From Stegostoma tigrinum (Eukaryota): a stretch of DNA of 64,000 nt. Every line of letters begins with the position of its first letter. Within the stretch, counting starts at the first letter, position 1. The stretch covers positions 3,534,001 through 3,598,000 of the forward strand of contig NC_081396.1 in the NCBI RefSeq assembly GCF_030684315.1, written 5' to 3'. The notes under the pieces were generated by a model, which worked only from the letters and a program-made list of their open reading frames with translations, did no database searches and was not told where the DNA came from. The translations under genes and the position numbers were made by a program. Below are positions 24,621-38,115 of the stretch, piece by piece.

Positions 24621-26323
24621 CTATGAATATAAAGCCGAGACAATGGATTTAGATTGTCCATTGGTCCAAATGACAAATCTTTGTCTAAATAATGTCATCA
24701 GGCACCATTACAATTTTTTCAAGCTGTCAGGTTGTTCTCAAATTTGTTTCTTGATTTTTGTCTCTTGAGTTAATTACTCTCAGGAATAAATTGCTAATAC
24801 TAATTTCACATGTTCTTCCTTTGTTATCCATGTCTGAACATTTCGAAGCAGTTCATCATTTAAAATGTTCTTGGAGAGTAGGATCATTGTTATCATTCCA
24901 GGTGTATTGATTGGGAATGACTGTAGTAATTCGCTCATTATATTTTCAAAACAGGCTGTGGCAGCTGTTAAAGTTGAATATTGTGGTCATCATTGGAGAA
25001 GAGTGCAAATGTGATTACTCATCTTCTTTATTTATATGCATTCAATTGCTTGAAAAATCATGACCAAAATTTGGATTCAGAGTAAGATCTGTTGTATTTT
25101 TTATTTTTGTGAACTTTTCCTATGTTTTTGCTTTATTGTTTGGGTATGTGGTTATGAGTGTCTCTTCCTTCACAGTTTTTCACGTTGAAGCTTGTGCATA
25201 ACTGAACATGTTCATGTCACTTTGGTGCCAATGTGTTCATTCACATCTTTGTGCATGTGTAGGTAAATTGTGTTCAGTTCAGAAGTGTAAGCCACAATAT
25301 CTTAAGATGCCACTTCATTCTTTGATACCTATCTTTACTTTTTATTGACTTTGTGATTTTTATGTTGAGTCGTGCTGATGAAAATGTGTGTTAAAGTATC
25401 GATTTCAGAATCTACCAGACTTAGATTATTTTCATGATTGTACTCCATAAATGTGTTCTGTTAGTATGAACCTTCATGTTTTGATTGAAATGTATATTTA
25501 TGTGATAACGTGATTTCTTTGGCAATGCTTCCTCAACCATCTCCCTGATACGATTTCTTGTGCGAATGCATGTGAATATTCACTGGTGTTGTGCCATTCC
25601 CGTATTGTTGCCAATATCCCACTGTGTTTTGATCTTTGCACTTCTAAGTCGGCATTTGAGACTCATAAATTGTGTGTCTGTGTGACCGTGTTTATGTGCT
25701 GATCAAATAGTTTAAAATTACGTAACTGAGCTGCATCTTTCTTCATATGGCTATTCTTTCCGCAAGTGAGGTAATAATGAGTTTAAAATTTATGTTGCTC
25801 TCAAAGATGTCTATTTGAGTGCACCTGTGGTAGGGTACATCTGGGATATTGTATGTGTGTTTATAAATGCATGTCCGTTCGTATTATGGTGTGTGAATGG
25901 ACATGCATTCATGAGCATTTGTGTGCTGAGGTGTGTCTCCGTTTTTCATGATTATGTGCAGTTACCACTGTTTATTTGGGTGTGTTCCTTCTATGCACTG
26001 GCCTTTGGTCTTTTTTTGTGAGAATGTACACGACAGCTCATATATCATATGTAAGTATGCCTGCCTGTGTGTATCCATCCGTGACAGCTTATCTGTATGT
26101 GCATTTCTGTTAGCACATATGTTTGTCCCTTCAAGTGAGAGCTTGTGTATGTGTGTCTTTAGAGCGCTTGTGAGTGTTTGTTTGTATCTGTGTTTGTTTA
26201 AGGTCTGAAAACAGACTGTTATTGTTTCATTGTTGAGCTATTCTCATCGATTACCATTGATTACATCTGATCCAGATGGTGTGGGGAACATTTCTCGCCG
26301 TTATGGGGAGATAAACACTTTGT

Positions 26324-26644
26324 AAGGGAGTTTTGAGAAGATTTATAGCTCAGGTTTTGGGTGGAAGTTTGCTCGCTGAGCTGGAAGATTCGTTTTCACA
26401 TGTTTCTTCACCATTCTAGGTAACATAATCGGTGAGCCTTCACTGAAGCGCAGGTGTTATGCCCTGCTATCTGTGTATGTGTTAGGTTTCCTTGGACATC
26501 ACCAACCCAAGGAAACCTAAACACATAAGTAGAAAGCGGGACATAACACCAGCGCTTCAGCGGAGGATCACGGTTGATGTTACCTAGAATGGTGATGAAA
26601 CGTCTGAAAACGAACCTTCTAGCTCAGCGAGCAAACTTACATCC
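26324..26644. mobile_element. Fold-back (inverted-repeat) Penelope-derived insertion with 13-bp target-site duplication
   Basis: Arms about 26359-26495 and 26507-26644 are imperfect reverse complements. Flanks are ATAAACACTTTGT (26311-26323) and ATAAGCACTTTGT (26645-26657). The paralogous site near 10746 has one copy and no insert. Confidence 0.88.
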
Positions 26645-27611
26645 ATAAGCACTTTGTGATTGATGCAGGAATGTTGGATATAAAATATGTACAAGGCATG
26701 TGAAAGAAAGTGACATTCGGTGTTTGTATCCCAGAACTGAGTCCACGGGTTACAGGATTTTGATTCAAAAGTGTGGAAAATATTTGGAATAATGCCAGTT
26801 CAGCTTTGAATTATGCAGAACCAATTTTAACAAATGATTAATGGACCAAGCGTGTCCAACAGGCTTCAAAGGAAGTATGTTGTGTGGAAAATTTAAATCA
26901 TTGGTTGTAAGGAAGAAGCTGATTGTTCCTGTAAGCTGCAAAATCACATTGCAGCGGGCGTACAACGTGAAAACTCGGCAAGGGGATTGAGCAGATAGTC
27001 TGTTAATTGTTATACTCTCTTCTCCCTCAGCTCGACAAGAAATAAAACCATTCTCCCTGTCATATTTCACATGAAAGTGAAGATAAATTGTGTCGACTGA
27101 TGCACTGTTGCGAGATCCCTGGCAGTCTCCAGATAAAAATAGGATAAATTCAAATCATTCTGAACACTACATGCTTTTTGCCCAAAGCAGTACTATCTTG
27201 TTGGACTGTTCCAATAGAGAATAATTTTAAATATCTCTAACGTTTCTATTCTCAGTTAGTGCAATGGAGCAGTTTAAAGCTGGCATGAAATTTATAGACA
27301 TGGGCCATTGAGGAATCGGGGAAATAAAAATCATAATTCGTGATGTTCATTTGCGATGAAGTGGGCATTGCCAAATTTTGTCAAAGTGTGATTTAGGTTG
27401 GATTCGGTACTTTGCAGAATCCTGCGATGAGTGAACTTCATTCTGTCACTGAACAGGGCCGATCTGAGCAAGGACCATTAACTGTGCAAGCAAAGGTTAT
27501 GGACGTGTTAACTGCCGACATCGACTGGCAGGACAAAATATTTTTAAAAGTGGGAAACACAATCAATTGAACTGTTGTCAATTTACATCACAATTGGAGG
27601 AAAGAAAATGG

Positions 27612-27626
27612 TTTATTAATTTTATT
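27612..27626 (-). terminator. Tandem poly(A) signals for secretory mu mRNA
   Basis: AATAAA at 27621-27626 and 27612-27617 on the minus strand, about 30-40 nt after the tailpiece stop. Confidence 0.85.
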
Positions 27627-27653
27627 GAATTCGTAAGTGTAACCTTGAGACTT

Positions 27654-28045
27654 TCATTGGCATGAATTTATGGTGTCCATGAGTGCAAGCGAAATATTCA
27701 CAAAACTCGGTTTACCGCTGGATTTATCAACTGTTCTGTTGATGATCTTCAATGGAATCGCTTCATGCCCCACCACACAGGAGTAAGAAGCACCGCTGGC
27801 CCACTCCTCCGCAGCAATGGATAATAGGCTGTACAAGAAGAAGGAGGTGTTATCGCTCTCTGCCGTCACCTCGGTGTTCTTATAGTTAGTGGGATTAACT
27901 GGCTTGTCGTTGGTTGTCCACTTGACAAAGATCTCTCGGGGCCTGAAACCTCTCACTAAACAGGTGAGTGAAACAAACTTCTGTGCGGAGACGTCTTCTG
28001 TCGTTGGCAGGAGGACAGACACCGATGGCTCCAACGGATTTATCA
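27654..28045 (-). CDS. IGHM: IgM Cmu4 exon plus secretory tailpiece; internal donor for the membrane form after 27716
   Basis: ttctgcag|TG ATA AAT.. encodes [54 protein letters not shown]|[22 protein letters not shown] sequon and penultimate Cys present. G|GTAAAC donor. Confidence 0.97.
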
Positions 28046-28498
28046 CTGCAGAATATTTGAAACAAATATTAATTACTTTTAAAAGTTCAAGAAGCAATAT
28101 TGGAATTTCACCCAATATTCAAATATTCCATGTTTACGTTGGGATTTATTCATTTTCATTTTTTAAAGAAACAGAATGGTATTCATTCTATTCATTAAAT
28201 AAAAACGTTTCGTTCAATAGTGGTCTCCATGTTATCAGCCCAGAAATAGGAAATTTCGTCCATTTGTCGTCACTGGTGTTTACATAACAAAACTCGAGGT
28301 CTCCTCCCAATTTGTTTGACTTGTCACAACAGAACATCCTTGAGTTCAATTTGTTTTTATCAGTAACTTAGCTTTCTTGGCAGGAAATGATCTTTAATCC
28401 TCCCAGTGGTGTTACTTCATCACCAATCAAATCATTCTAACAATTTAAGCTGTCAAAACTACAGATGGCATATTTTGTGCATTCATTTCTTCACTCAC

Positions 28499-28804
28499 AT
28501 TTCTCCTTGTGTATAGAGTGTCTCAGTGGAGTTGGTAGATACTGATTGTTCACCACGCATTCAAATGTATCCCCACTCAGCCAGGCTTCAGTAGAAATAT
28601 CTAACTTGCTGATCACACCTTCCGAATGCTCTCCGGACTGGTCAACAATCTCTGATTTCAGAGTCTTCTTGTCGTGCATCCAGGTGAAGTTGGCTTCAAA
28701 ATGAAGGTTGTACACAATGCAGGTTAACGTCACCGTCGCCTCCAGTAAGACCTGTTCGACTGGTGGCGGCAGTATTTTAGCTGTGTAATCATGGCACTCT
28801 GAAA
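28499..28804 (-). CDS. IGHM: IgM Cmu3 exon
   Basis: atgtag|TT TCA GAG TGC.. encodes SECHDYTAKILPPPVEQVLLEATVTLTCIV..FTW..WLSGDTFECVVNNQYLPTPLRHSIHKEK|gtgagt. 306 nt, phase 1-1. Confidence 0.95.
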
Positions 28805-30745
28805 CTACATTGGAACAGAAGTCAGAATCAATGAAAAAATGCCTCTTGAGAAAGAAAACACCAGTATTCAGTCAATTGACTCACACTTTGAAGAAATCAC
28901 TTTCGAGAGGGCAACTTCGAACTGTTCCTGCAATGATATTTCCTTTTGTTCATATATTTTGATTTGTGAAAACATTGTTGATTACCTATGAAATGCCCTG
29001 TGTAATTACTACCAAAGAAAACTAGCTTTGCAACAAATGAATCCTGTGTAAATAAACAAAATCATCACTGGTACCACGATTTAACCCATGGACTAATTTC
29101 CTTTCAGATTTCTTGTCTCACTTCAGGCCAACTACTGATACTTTTGGCAAAACTAATCTCCAATCAAAATAATGAATTTATTCTTTTCCTTTCACAAGGC
29201 ATGTGTGGAAATGCTGCTTGTCATGGTGGGTGCCAAATCAATTAACAATTTTAGCAAACCTGTAATCTAACTAGTTAGTTTCTTATTCCTCGTGTAATTA
29301 TGGATATTTTCCGATGTTACAGGAGTATGGAGCTTTCACGGAAATTCTATTCAATGTAATTTAACGTAATGGAAATTAAGTTGCATTATTGGTGTGAGAT
29401 CGTTCTCAAAAGTAGCTCGTGAAATATTATTCCTCGTGTGCCGAATTTGCAGTAGACCTTAAAAAGAGACAAAGAATACAGCCTTCGAAATAGAGTAGGA
29501 CACTCGTCCACTCAAGACTTCCCTCCACTACGCCCTCTTCAGTGAGACATTGATTGGGCTCTACTTCCACTTTATTTAGGGAACTACAATCTTAAATTTC
29601 TTCACAGAAAAAAAAAATTCAAGTCGGGAGAGTTTAACATTGATGTGTAAACTCACCTGATATTTGCAGTGAAAAATTTCAACCTTCCACTACTCACTGC
29701 CTCAACATATCCATCCTGAAACAAGGCTAAAATACATTGGCTCTCATGCTGAGTCCATTCATTCCAATTGCGGCATTCCCAACAGGACTAATTGTCCTGT
29801 CATTGCCACTATTTACAGGAAACGCCTAAAACATGCTCGATAAGATCAAGTTTATAACTGTTAATCAAATTGTATCCTCAATTGGTCACTGTTTTAGTGC
29901 CATGATTAAAGTTAATGAGCACTGTAACATGTTAAAAAAATCAAGAAAATGCTCCAGGTCAACAGGCAATTCCTAATCTTGGAACGAAATATTGAACACA
30001 ATTTGCTTTATTTTCAAATAATAGTCACTTAATACCTTACCATGTCATCTTCTGACTTCAAACCAAAAGAGCATAACCAGAAGATTCAGTCAGTCAAGTC
30101 TCCTCTGCCATTCGATCATGGCTGATATGTTTCTCAAATGCATTCTCCCGCCTTCTCCCAGTACTAAGCACCAGCCAATCGAACTCTATGTTAAATATTC
30201 CCAATGAATATTCCCTCCACAGCCCTCTGGGGCAGTGAGATCCACAGAATAGTCACTCCCTGGCAAAAGATATTCCTCCTTGGTCCAGTTCTATATGGTC
30301 ATCCCTTTGACTTTGAGGCTGTGTCATCAGACCCTTGTCAAATTTTTAGTGAAAACATTTTCTCCACACCAAACCTATCCCAGTTTCTCAGTGCTTTCTA
30401 AGTTTAACCGAGGTCTGTTCTCGAGGGCTTCAAACCCCACAATTCCTTTATCCTTGAATCCATAACCAGCAGTGGATTCTGTATTCACACTACCTCTCCA
30501 AGTATTGTCAAACGACAAATGAATCCAATTAACGATCATGTGTCATCAAAATAGTGGAAAGCATGATTCTCTGATTTGAATTATGAGCAATGGTGATGGA
30601 AAACTTACAATGAAATGAGATACACCCTGCATGATCTCAGATTATGAACTGTCCCATGCTGTTTACTGAGCTTGATATAGTAAGTGTATTGGATTTGCAT
30701 CAGTGATCAGAATTAGGATTCTTTCTGTAGTAATGCATCTCTTAC

Positions 30746-31057
30746 CCTGTGGCCCAGTGATGTTTTGACGTTGAATAAGCCCTTCATGGTCGACCTGACA
30801 TGTATAGACTGCTCTGTTGAACCATTCACTATAAGGGACTCTCAGCTGACTGGTCGTTGAGAAGTTTCCGTTTGTTTCACACACGGCAGAAGTGAAGATA
30901 CCAGATTTTACCTCTCCTCCATTCTTCAACCAAGTCACAGAAATTTTCTTTGGATTGAAGTCAAAGACTGAACAGACGATGGTTGCAACTTTTCTGTGCT
31001 CGATTTCTTCACTGGAACTCACAGTTACGAGAATAGTTGGATGGGCACTACCGTTAC
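30746..31057 (-). CDS. IGHM: IgM Cmu2 exon
   Basis: cgaaag|GT AAC.. encodes NGSAHPTILVTVSSSEEIEHRKVATIVCSVFDFNPKKISVTWLKNG..WFNRAVYTCQVDHEGLIQRQNITGPQ|gtaaga. 312 nt, phase 1-1. Confidence 0.95.
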
Positions 31058-31169
31058 CTTTCGAAAACAGATCGTGTAAGTTATCTGATTTTAGAACAAA
31101 TATTGTCAGTTCTTCTCTTTCAATGCTCATTGCGGCTAGTAGATACTTGATGAAACATTACAAGGATAC

Positions 31170-34040
31170 TATTTATGCAGAATAGAACAAAAGGTGTCAT
31201 TCAGGCAGAAAGATCAGCAGGTTGATATCAAGGCCTAAAATTGGAAGAAACAACAAGTACTCAATGTGGAACAGAAATTATACATCAATCAAATCAAGGA
31301 AAGAATTCCAACGAGTTGAAGAGATAAATGAGGAAATTAAGCAGTTGACATCACAGAGATATGTTGAGAGAGGGGAACGGCACATTATGACTGGAGATAC
31401 AGCCTTCAGGTGAGTCACAGAAAGTTATGAAACAGAGGTGGGAGGTGGAGGAGGTGATGGTTTTTGTCGTAATATCGAGCAGTATGCCTTCCGTAGTAAT
31501 GAGGAACGAAATCGTCGATACCTCCTCAAATGAAGGCACATGAAAAGGACCAAAAAACCAAAATAAAGCAAAAAACCTGCAAGGAGCGCAAGAAAGGCTC
31601 CTTGACAGGCCCGAGAGATTCTAGTGCAGATACATCAGCAAATTGTCAGACAAGTATCCATAAATAGGGTAATGATTGTAAGGATTGCGATTTCCCCAAT
31701 GTAGGCTGGTCATGCATCGTTTCAAGTGTCCAGAAGGAACAGATTTGTGAAATTGAGCTTTTGAAAATAGTGCGTTGGAGGCTTTGCAAGCGAGTCTGAA
31801 CGTGGACTTAACTTTAGGTAATGAGAATGAAAAAGTGCTTTATATATCAATGGAGAAGCATTTTGCAGAGATTGATCACAAATTCATTGGATTCAATATT
31901 GTTCTGCAAAGTGAGAGTAATAGGCCTGAACCCAAATTATGAAACATAAAAAGGTCAAACTTGTAATGATCGGGTACGATTTGACCAGAGTGAACTGAGA
32001 ACGGACATTTAATAGTAAATGTGAGTTGGAGCAGGAGGGTGCATTCAAGGAGGAAGTGCAAAGACTAAAAGGCTAACATGTATCAACAAAGAAAGGACAT
32101 GTGATGAAAAATGAAGTGAGCCCTGGACATCCAAAGCCATACTGGATTATCGGAAGACATTCAAAAAAAGCTTGTGGCATGCATCGAATGTTCAAAACAG
32201 TGGAAGCTCTCAAGACGTACAGAATATGCAAGAGCAAGTTTGAGAAGAGAAATTCAGAGAGAAACACAAAACATAAAATTCTATTGGCACAATATTGTAA
32301 AATATGTTAAATAAAAAAAGAGCTGAGGTACAAGTTGATTAATGACAGAAGGATAACAATGGAAACAATAGGGCTCATTAAGTGCAAGAGAATTATTATT
32401 TGTCTGGATTAACAGCCCGTCGGTTCTATTATAAATGAATACATTGTGTCGGAGTTCACGATTAAAGTGAAGTTGCGGGTGTAGAAATCATGGAGAATAA
32501 TTGTGATGTGTTTTAGGAAATCTGCATTAGATGAATGGATGTTCTGTGTTGTATTACGGTTTGGATGAAATGTACCCAGGGCTGTTGACAGAGGAAAAGG
32601 AGGAAATGGTTGAGCTGATGGCAATAATTTTGAAGCCATTTTTGGCCTCAGGGGATAGCCCAAATGGCTGTGGGTCAGTCAAAGTGGTATCACGGATGAA
32701 AAGGGGGCAAAATATAAACCACAGAATCGGGGGCAGTCAAACTCGGCGCAGGCGCAGGAAAAATGTTGGAAGCAATTCCAACAAACACAATTAATCTTCA
32801 TTTGGAAGAGTTTAATTAAAAAAAACTTGTCAAATTTTATTGAGGTGTAGTCATATCGAACGAACATGTAGGAATTTTTCAAAGACTGACAATATGGGTA
32901 GATGATAGCAAAACTAAGAGGCAATGGGATCTGAGGAAATTTGATTGCATCCAGAACTGGCTGAGTGTCAGGAATTGGAGAGTGCTGGTCGTGGTGTGTT
33001 TTTGTGACTGGAGGTCGTTGCCTCGTGGTGGCCTGTGGGTTTCAGCATAAATATTGTTGCTGTTTGTGATGTCTGCCAACAATTTAGGCTTTAATTTGGA
33101 AGATTTGACCAGAAGTCTCACAGATGGAATGAAAATTGTTGAGCCGGAAGCATTGACCTCAAAAATTGTGCAGCATAGGAGATTTGAAAAAGAAAAAGGT
33201 GACTCGATGGTCTGATCATGACAAATAGAAATCCTTCTCGGAAAGTGTGAGGTGATGCATGCATGCTGAAAAAAAAGTAAGATTTGGCATTGCAAGTCGT
33301 GGAATCCTGAGATGCACGAGATTTCTGCATGCCTACCTCTTGCTTATCGCTCAGAGACTTGCCAAAAAGTCACAGAGTCGTAGATATGTACAGTGTGGGA
33401 ACAGACACTTCGGTTTAACACGTCCGTTGTAAACAGATATCCCAAATAATCTGACAACTTTTGCCAGCATTTGCCACATTTCCCTCTCAAGCCTTCCAGT
33501 TCTTGTACACATCCAGATAACTTTTAAATGTTGTAATTTTACTCCACCAGTTCCTCTGCCATCTCACGTGGTTCACATGTCTCCCTTTGGATGGCCCCTG
33601 TTAAATCTTGGCCTTCTCAACTTAAACCTTTGCCCTCTAAGCTTTGGACTCCCATATCCCAACGAAAACACATTGGCTGTGCACTATGTTCATATTCCTC
33701 AGAGTTTTATGAACTTCTATCAGGTCTCTAGTCTTCGACTCTCCGGGGAAATTAACCCCATCTTATTCAGCCTTTCTCTGTAATTTAAATCATCCTCTCG
33801 TTTCGAGTGGAATGAATCATTCAGACAAGGTTGGAATTGAAGCTGAGTGCTTGAGAGTCATGTTGAAGCTGCAACCCTAACGATATCAGAAGCTTTGAGG
33901 CAAATACTTGCATTGTCAAATCAACAAGGCAATTGATCCTGTGTTAGTAAATTGTATCAGAATAGTTTTGTAGTTTTCTTAGATTGGCATTTAATAGATG
34001 GGACAAAGGTCATTCTCTCTTGTGCATTTATGATTCTGTG
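31170..34040 (+). mobile_element. Decayed CR1 LINE filling the Cmu1-Cmu2 intron, interrupted by a minus-strand CR1 3' end (about 33370-33790)
   Basis: Recognisable CR1 ORF2 remnants (gcgatttccccaat = DFPN; GLDEMYPGLL; ttgcatccagaactggctgag = WIQNWL-like). The reverse-oriented tail begins at about 33370. Confidence 0.75.
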
Positions 34041-34112
34041 AAAAGTGCAAAGAATCATGCCCTATTCACATAAAGCACACACATCGGTTTACCTGGTTCC
34101 CACAACACTTAC

Positions 34113-34409
34113 ATGGCATTTCAGTGCTTGTGTCGGATCCGCTGTGTCGAACCTCACAGATAATTTTTTCGCATTCTGCCTCTGATTCGGTGAGCACTAA
34201 CTGACTGCTCAGGGTGTAAGTTCCCTTCTTGTTTCTCACCGATGGATATGTCATAACTCCATTCGGAATCCGCTCCCCACCTTTCTTCCAGGTCACTTTG
34301 GTGGTGTCAGGAGAATAGTCCATCGCCAAACAACCAAAAATCAGAGAGCCGTCAATGCTGTGGTGCTCACAGGAGGCTAGTCCATAAAGTATCGGGGAAG
34401 ACGGTGTCA
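34113..34409 (-). CDS. IGHM: IgM Cmu1 exon
   Basis: ttctttcccag|TG ACA CCG.. encodes (V)[79 protein letters not shown]|gtaagt. 297 nt. The early Cys for light-chain pairing is present. Confidence 0.96.
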
Positions 34410-34449
34410 CTGGGAAAGAATGCCAGATTAAGCAAGTTAGACTCTGTTA

Positions 34450-34770
34450 ATTCATAGAATCCTTACAGAGTGCAAACAGACCATTCAATCCAACACGTCT
34501 ACACTGCCAGTCGGCACAGCATCCTATCCAGCACCATTTCCATCCCCGAAAATCCTGAATTTCACATGGCTAATCCACCAAGTGTGCATCCCTCTGGGCA
34601 CTGTGTGCAATTTTGAATGGTCATTCCAGCTCACCTGGACATCCTTGGACTGTGGGAGGGAATGGGAAAACCCTTTAGAAACATATGCAGATACGCTCAG
34701 AATGTGCAAATCCAGCACAGACAATTATTCGAGGTTGAAAGCGATCGCGGTGCTGATAGCAACGTACAAT
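34450..34770 (-). mobile_element. HE1-like shark SINE
   Basis: CR1-type tail (tcatagaatccttacag..ccattcaatcc) followed by the body cacctggacatccttggactgtgggagg..gaatgtgcaaatccagcacagaca; similar to 57465-57780. Confidence 0.7.
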
Positions 34771-34982
34771 CAGCTTATTTTTGGTTCATGTTATTTGTTG
34801 TTCTGTTATTTCGATCTCCAGAAACACGCCTTATACCTTCACCATTATGTTATCACTAAGGAATAAGAACACTCCAAGCTCATCACAATTCAGTTTTGAA
34901 AGATTTTACCATTAAGAAGATTGACATTCATTTGGATTACAAGTGAATAGAGGAGACGTGAAACGAATTAAAACCAAAGCAC

Positions 34983-35046
34983 TGTGTGTGTGTGTGTGAG
35001 TGAGAGAGAGAGAGAGACATAGTGAGAGGGTCAGAGAGACAGACAG
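34983..35046. repeat. (TG)n(GA)n microsatellite
   Basis: tgtgtgtgtgtgtgtgagtgagagagagagagagac, read directly. Confidence 0.9.
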
Positions 35047-35929
35047 ATTTTCATTGTTCATTTACCAGGTCTACATTTCTCAATCATGAAAGTTGTGTGA
35101 ATGATCAATTGCTTTGTCCTTTCTATGATTGCTCTTGTGGAAGGAAGTACACTGCAATTGATCATCTCATACTACCTCAGATTCGCCATGTGCCCAAAGA
35201 ATTTTAAAGTGACTGAGCCTCAGAAGTGACTGTATAAGTTGTACTTACAGGATTACAATAAAACAATCAGAATAAAAAGATGATGGAGGAATATGAAGAG
35301 CCTTTTATGACGTGCTGGGTTGCGAGACTTGGAGTGAACCCTTTCTGACTGATCCCTCCCTGACATGATACAAATTTGATGTGTCTGAAAGGATATTTGT
35401 TCTTTGCAAGCCAATAAATTTCAATTATTTCAACATTAAAGTAAAGTTTCCAGGGCAGTGGCCAACATTAGAGTAACGTTTCCAGGACAGATGTCAACAC
35501 TGACTTCTGAGTCCATGAATTGCCTTGAATTGAGAAACGAAATGGGTGAGGCAGGGCCCTTCTTATCGTCTGATGCTGCCATGCCACAGAATCTTGACTG
35601 ATAATTCAATGTTCTTCCTATTTGAAAACCAGTTGGAAGACATAGATAATATAATGTTTGCAGTGGCTGCCCTCATGGGAGAGACTTCAATGTGCATCAC
35701 AATACAAGTAATGAGAAGACAAATTGCTGCCCAGTGTGAAACAAAAATTGGCCCACACATTCGTTGATTATCTTTGTACCTGTGATTCGAAATTGCTGTC
35801 AACAGAAGCTATCTTTACCCTTTGCTAATTATCGATGGGGATGTGTGTACCGTTGCTTTCTTCCAACTTTATTGACCTTACAAAGCACATATTTACAGTT
35901 ATGCTTGGACGGGAGTGGTAGGCCCAGAA

Positions 35930-36460
35930 ATAACGTGAAAAAGCGGCGATATCGTTAAGCATAGAGATCAATTTCAGTTGGTTGCGTTGTCTTTCATTTG
36001 CTGCCCCGTCCTTCTTAGTGGGAGAGGTCCTGGGCTCGAAATTTGCTGGGGATGGAGTCTGGCCGTGTTTCGAGAGTGGAACCAGCAGAGAACCAACAAC
36101 GGTCCCACTGCATTTGAAGTAAAGGAGTCAATATTGCATTTGATAAATGGGATGCCAAACAAGTGCATTCCATCGTGCTGAATGATGCAAAGCTTCTTCA
36201 GCGCGACTGAAGCTTCACTCGTCCAGAAAAGTGAATAGTATCCCATCACACTTCTGTCTCGTGCCTTCTTGGTGAGTAGGCGTTTGGGGATAGCAGGTAA
36301 ATTCCTTGCCGAAAATGTCTGGCCTCAGACCTTTTCTTGGTACCATATCATTTGCATCGTAAATCATATTCATTTTTATTTTAAATGACAGCCCACAGCA
36401 CGTTGATGATGTGGGATTCATCAATGATAATAACATTACCAAGATAAGTATTTAAAGTCA
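35930..36460 (-). mobile_element. Non-LTR retrotransposon 3' fragment, same family as 55770-57085
   Basis: Resembles the reverse complement of 56400-56950 (agcttcttcagcg..gaagcttcactcgtccag versus tggatgagtgcagcctcaacaacactcaagaagct). Confidence 0.7.
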
Positions 36461-38115
36461 GTCTTCTGAGAGATGGAATATATTGGGCACAAATGCGTTG
36501 TGAAACTTATTTTCCATTGTGAATGCAAGTCAGAATATTTATTCTCAGAAGAAGTTCATTGCAGCAGTGCCCAAAGGATCAGAGGACACGAGCTGTGAGT
36601 ATCTCTGTCATATTTGACCTCATGCCAATTATCTGGAAGCTTAAATTGATAACGGGCAATTATCCGAATGCTGGAGGCCTCTGCAAATAAGCGGTCCTCC
36701 ATTGACAATCAGAGACTTTGGTGAACTATAGTCAGCTGCAAATTCCGCAGGAACGATTCAAAAAATTAACATGTGCGCTTTAACTAACAAATTGACACCG
36801 AATTCACTGCAAAGCTCTAATTTCTCAGTCTGACATCCACTCCCTCTCATTCTGTCCTAGAACCTCCACTGATGTTGATCACCCCCACACTGTCACATAG
36901 CCATTCACTCTGGAATGCATGAGCGCATTCACACAATAATACACATTCCAAGATAATCATTTACTCAGCTGGATATGTACTCTCGATTCCTTACAATCCA
37001 TTCCCCTTCTGCCAATCTGCAGATGGCCCATTTATATCTGGCCCTGACAGTACCTGTCACTATCATGGGATCCAACTCCCCAACACATGAGTTTAAGGCC
37101 TTGATCATTGAACACTCATCTTACCGAATCAGGCTGCGAACATTGCATCCCACCTCTCTTCTCATCCGTTGTTTACTACCTGCCACTTTGCTAAACTGTG
37201 AGGTTTACATTGTGTATGATGCCCTCCTGCCAATTCATTGCTGTGATCACCTCCCACCCAAAACAGTCCCGCATACTGCTGACCTGTCAACTAGCCAGTC
37301 TGGCACTTGAGGCACCGACAATATTTCCACTAAAACGACCCCTCACTTTACAAGTACCACTCAGTCAAGCTGGTTCCTCGGAATCATAGTCATCTGCCTG
37401 GATTCTAAACTGCCCAGCTACATGCATGCCAACTCATGCAGCAACCACCCAACACATCAAAGCCGACCAGCTCACACTCTTTCCCCTCACTGTCTCACCA
37501 CCTGAGAACATCAGGCATGCTCCATAATGTGGCCACAGAGTTATAGAGTCATGCAGTGTAGAAAACGCCCCTTCAGTCCAAATCACCAAGGCCGACAGCA
37601 TTCACAAATTAAAGTAAACCCATTTGCCTACATTTGGTGCAAGTGTCTCCAAAGCTGTTCGTGTACTTGCCGAAATGTCTTTTCAATGTGATAGCTGTAC
37701 CTGCATCTACTACTTCCTCTGCCAGTTCATTCCACACACCAACCACCCTCTGTTTGAAAAAGTTCCCCACGGGTCCCGTTTAAAGCTATCTCTGTTAACT
37801 TAAAACTACGGCATTTAGTTTTGATCTCCTCTGCAATGGAAAGAAAGAGTAACCTTTGCTATTCCCGTTTTCTATTTCCCTCATGATTATACAAACCTTT
37901 ATAAAGCCACATATACCCTTTTATAAATCTTCTAAAGTCACGGAATTCAAAGAAACATCCAAAGCAAACAACCACTTTCCATCTCTCAAAACCTCAAGTC
38001 TCAGTTACATCCGGCAAATATTTTCTGTACTCTTTCTCAATTCCCAAGATTATTCATGCAGCAGGGCAACAAAATCTAAACACTGTACTCCAAAAGTGGC
38101 CTCATTAATGTCGGG

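Noticed and set aside
27654-34410. N- and C-terminal extensions of the ORF-track calls (e.g. 27654-28115, 30663-31130, 34066-34410)
   Set aside because: They are intronic read-through beyond clear AG/GT splice sites.
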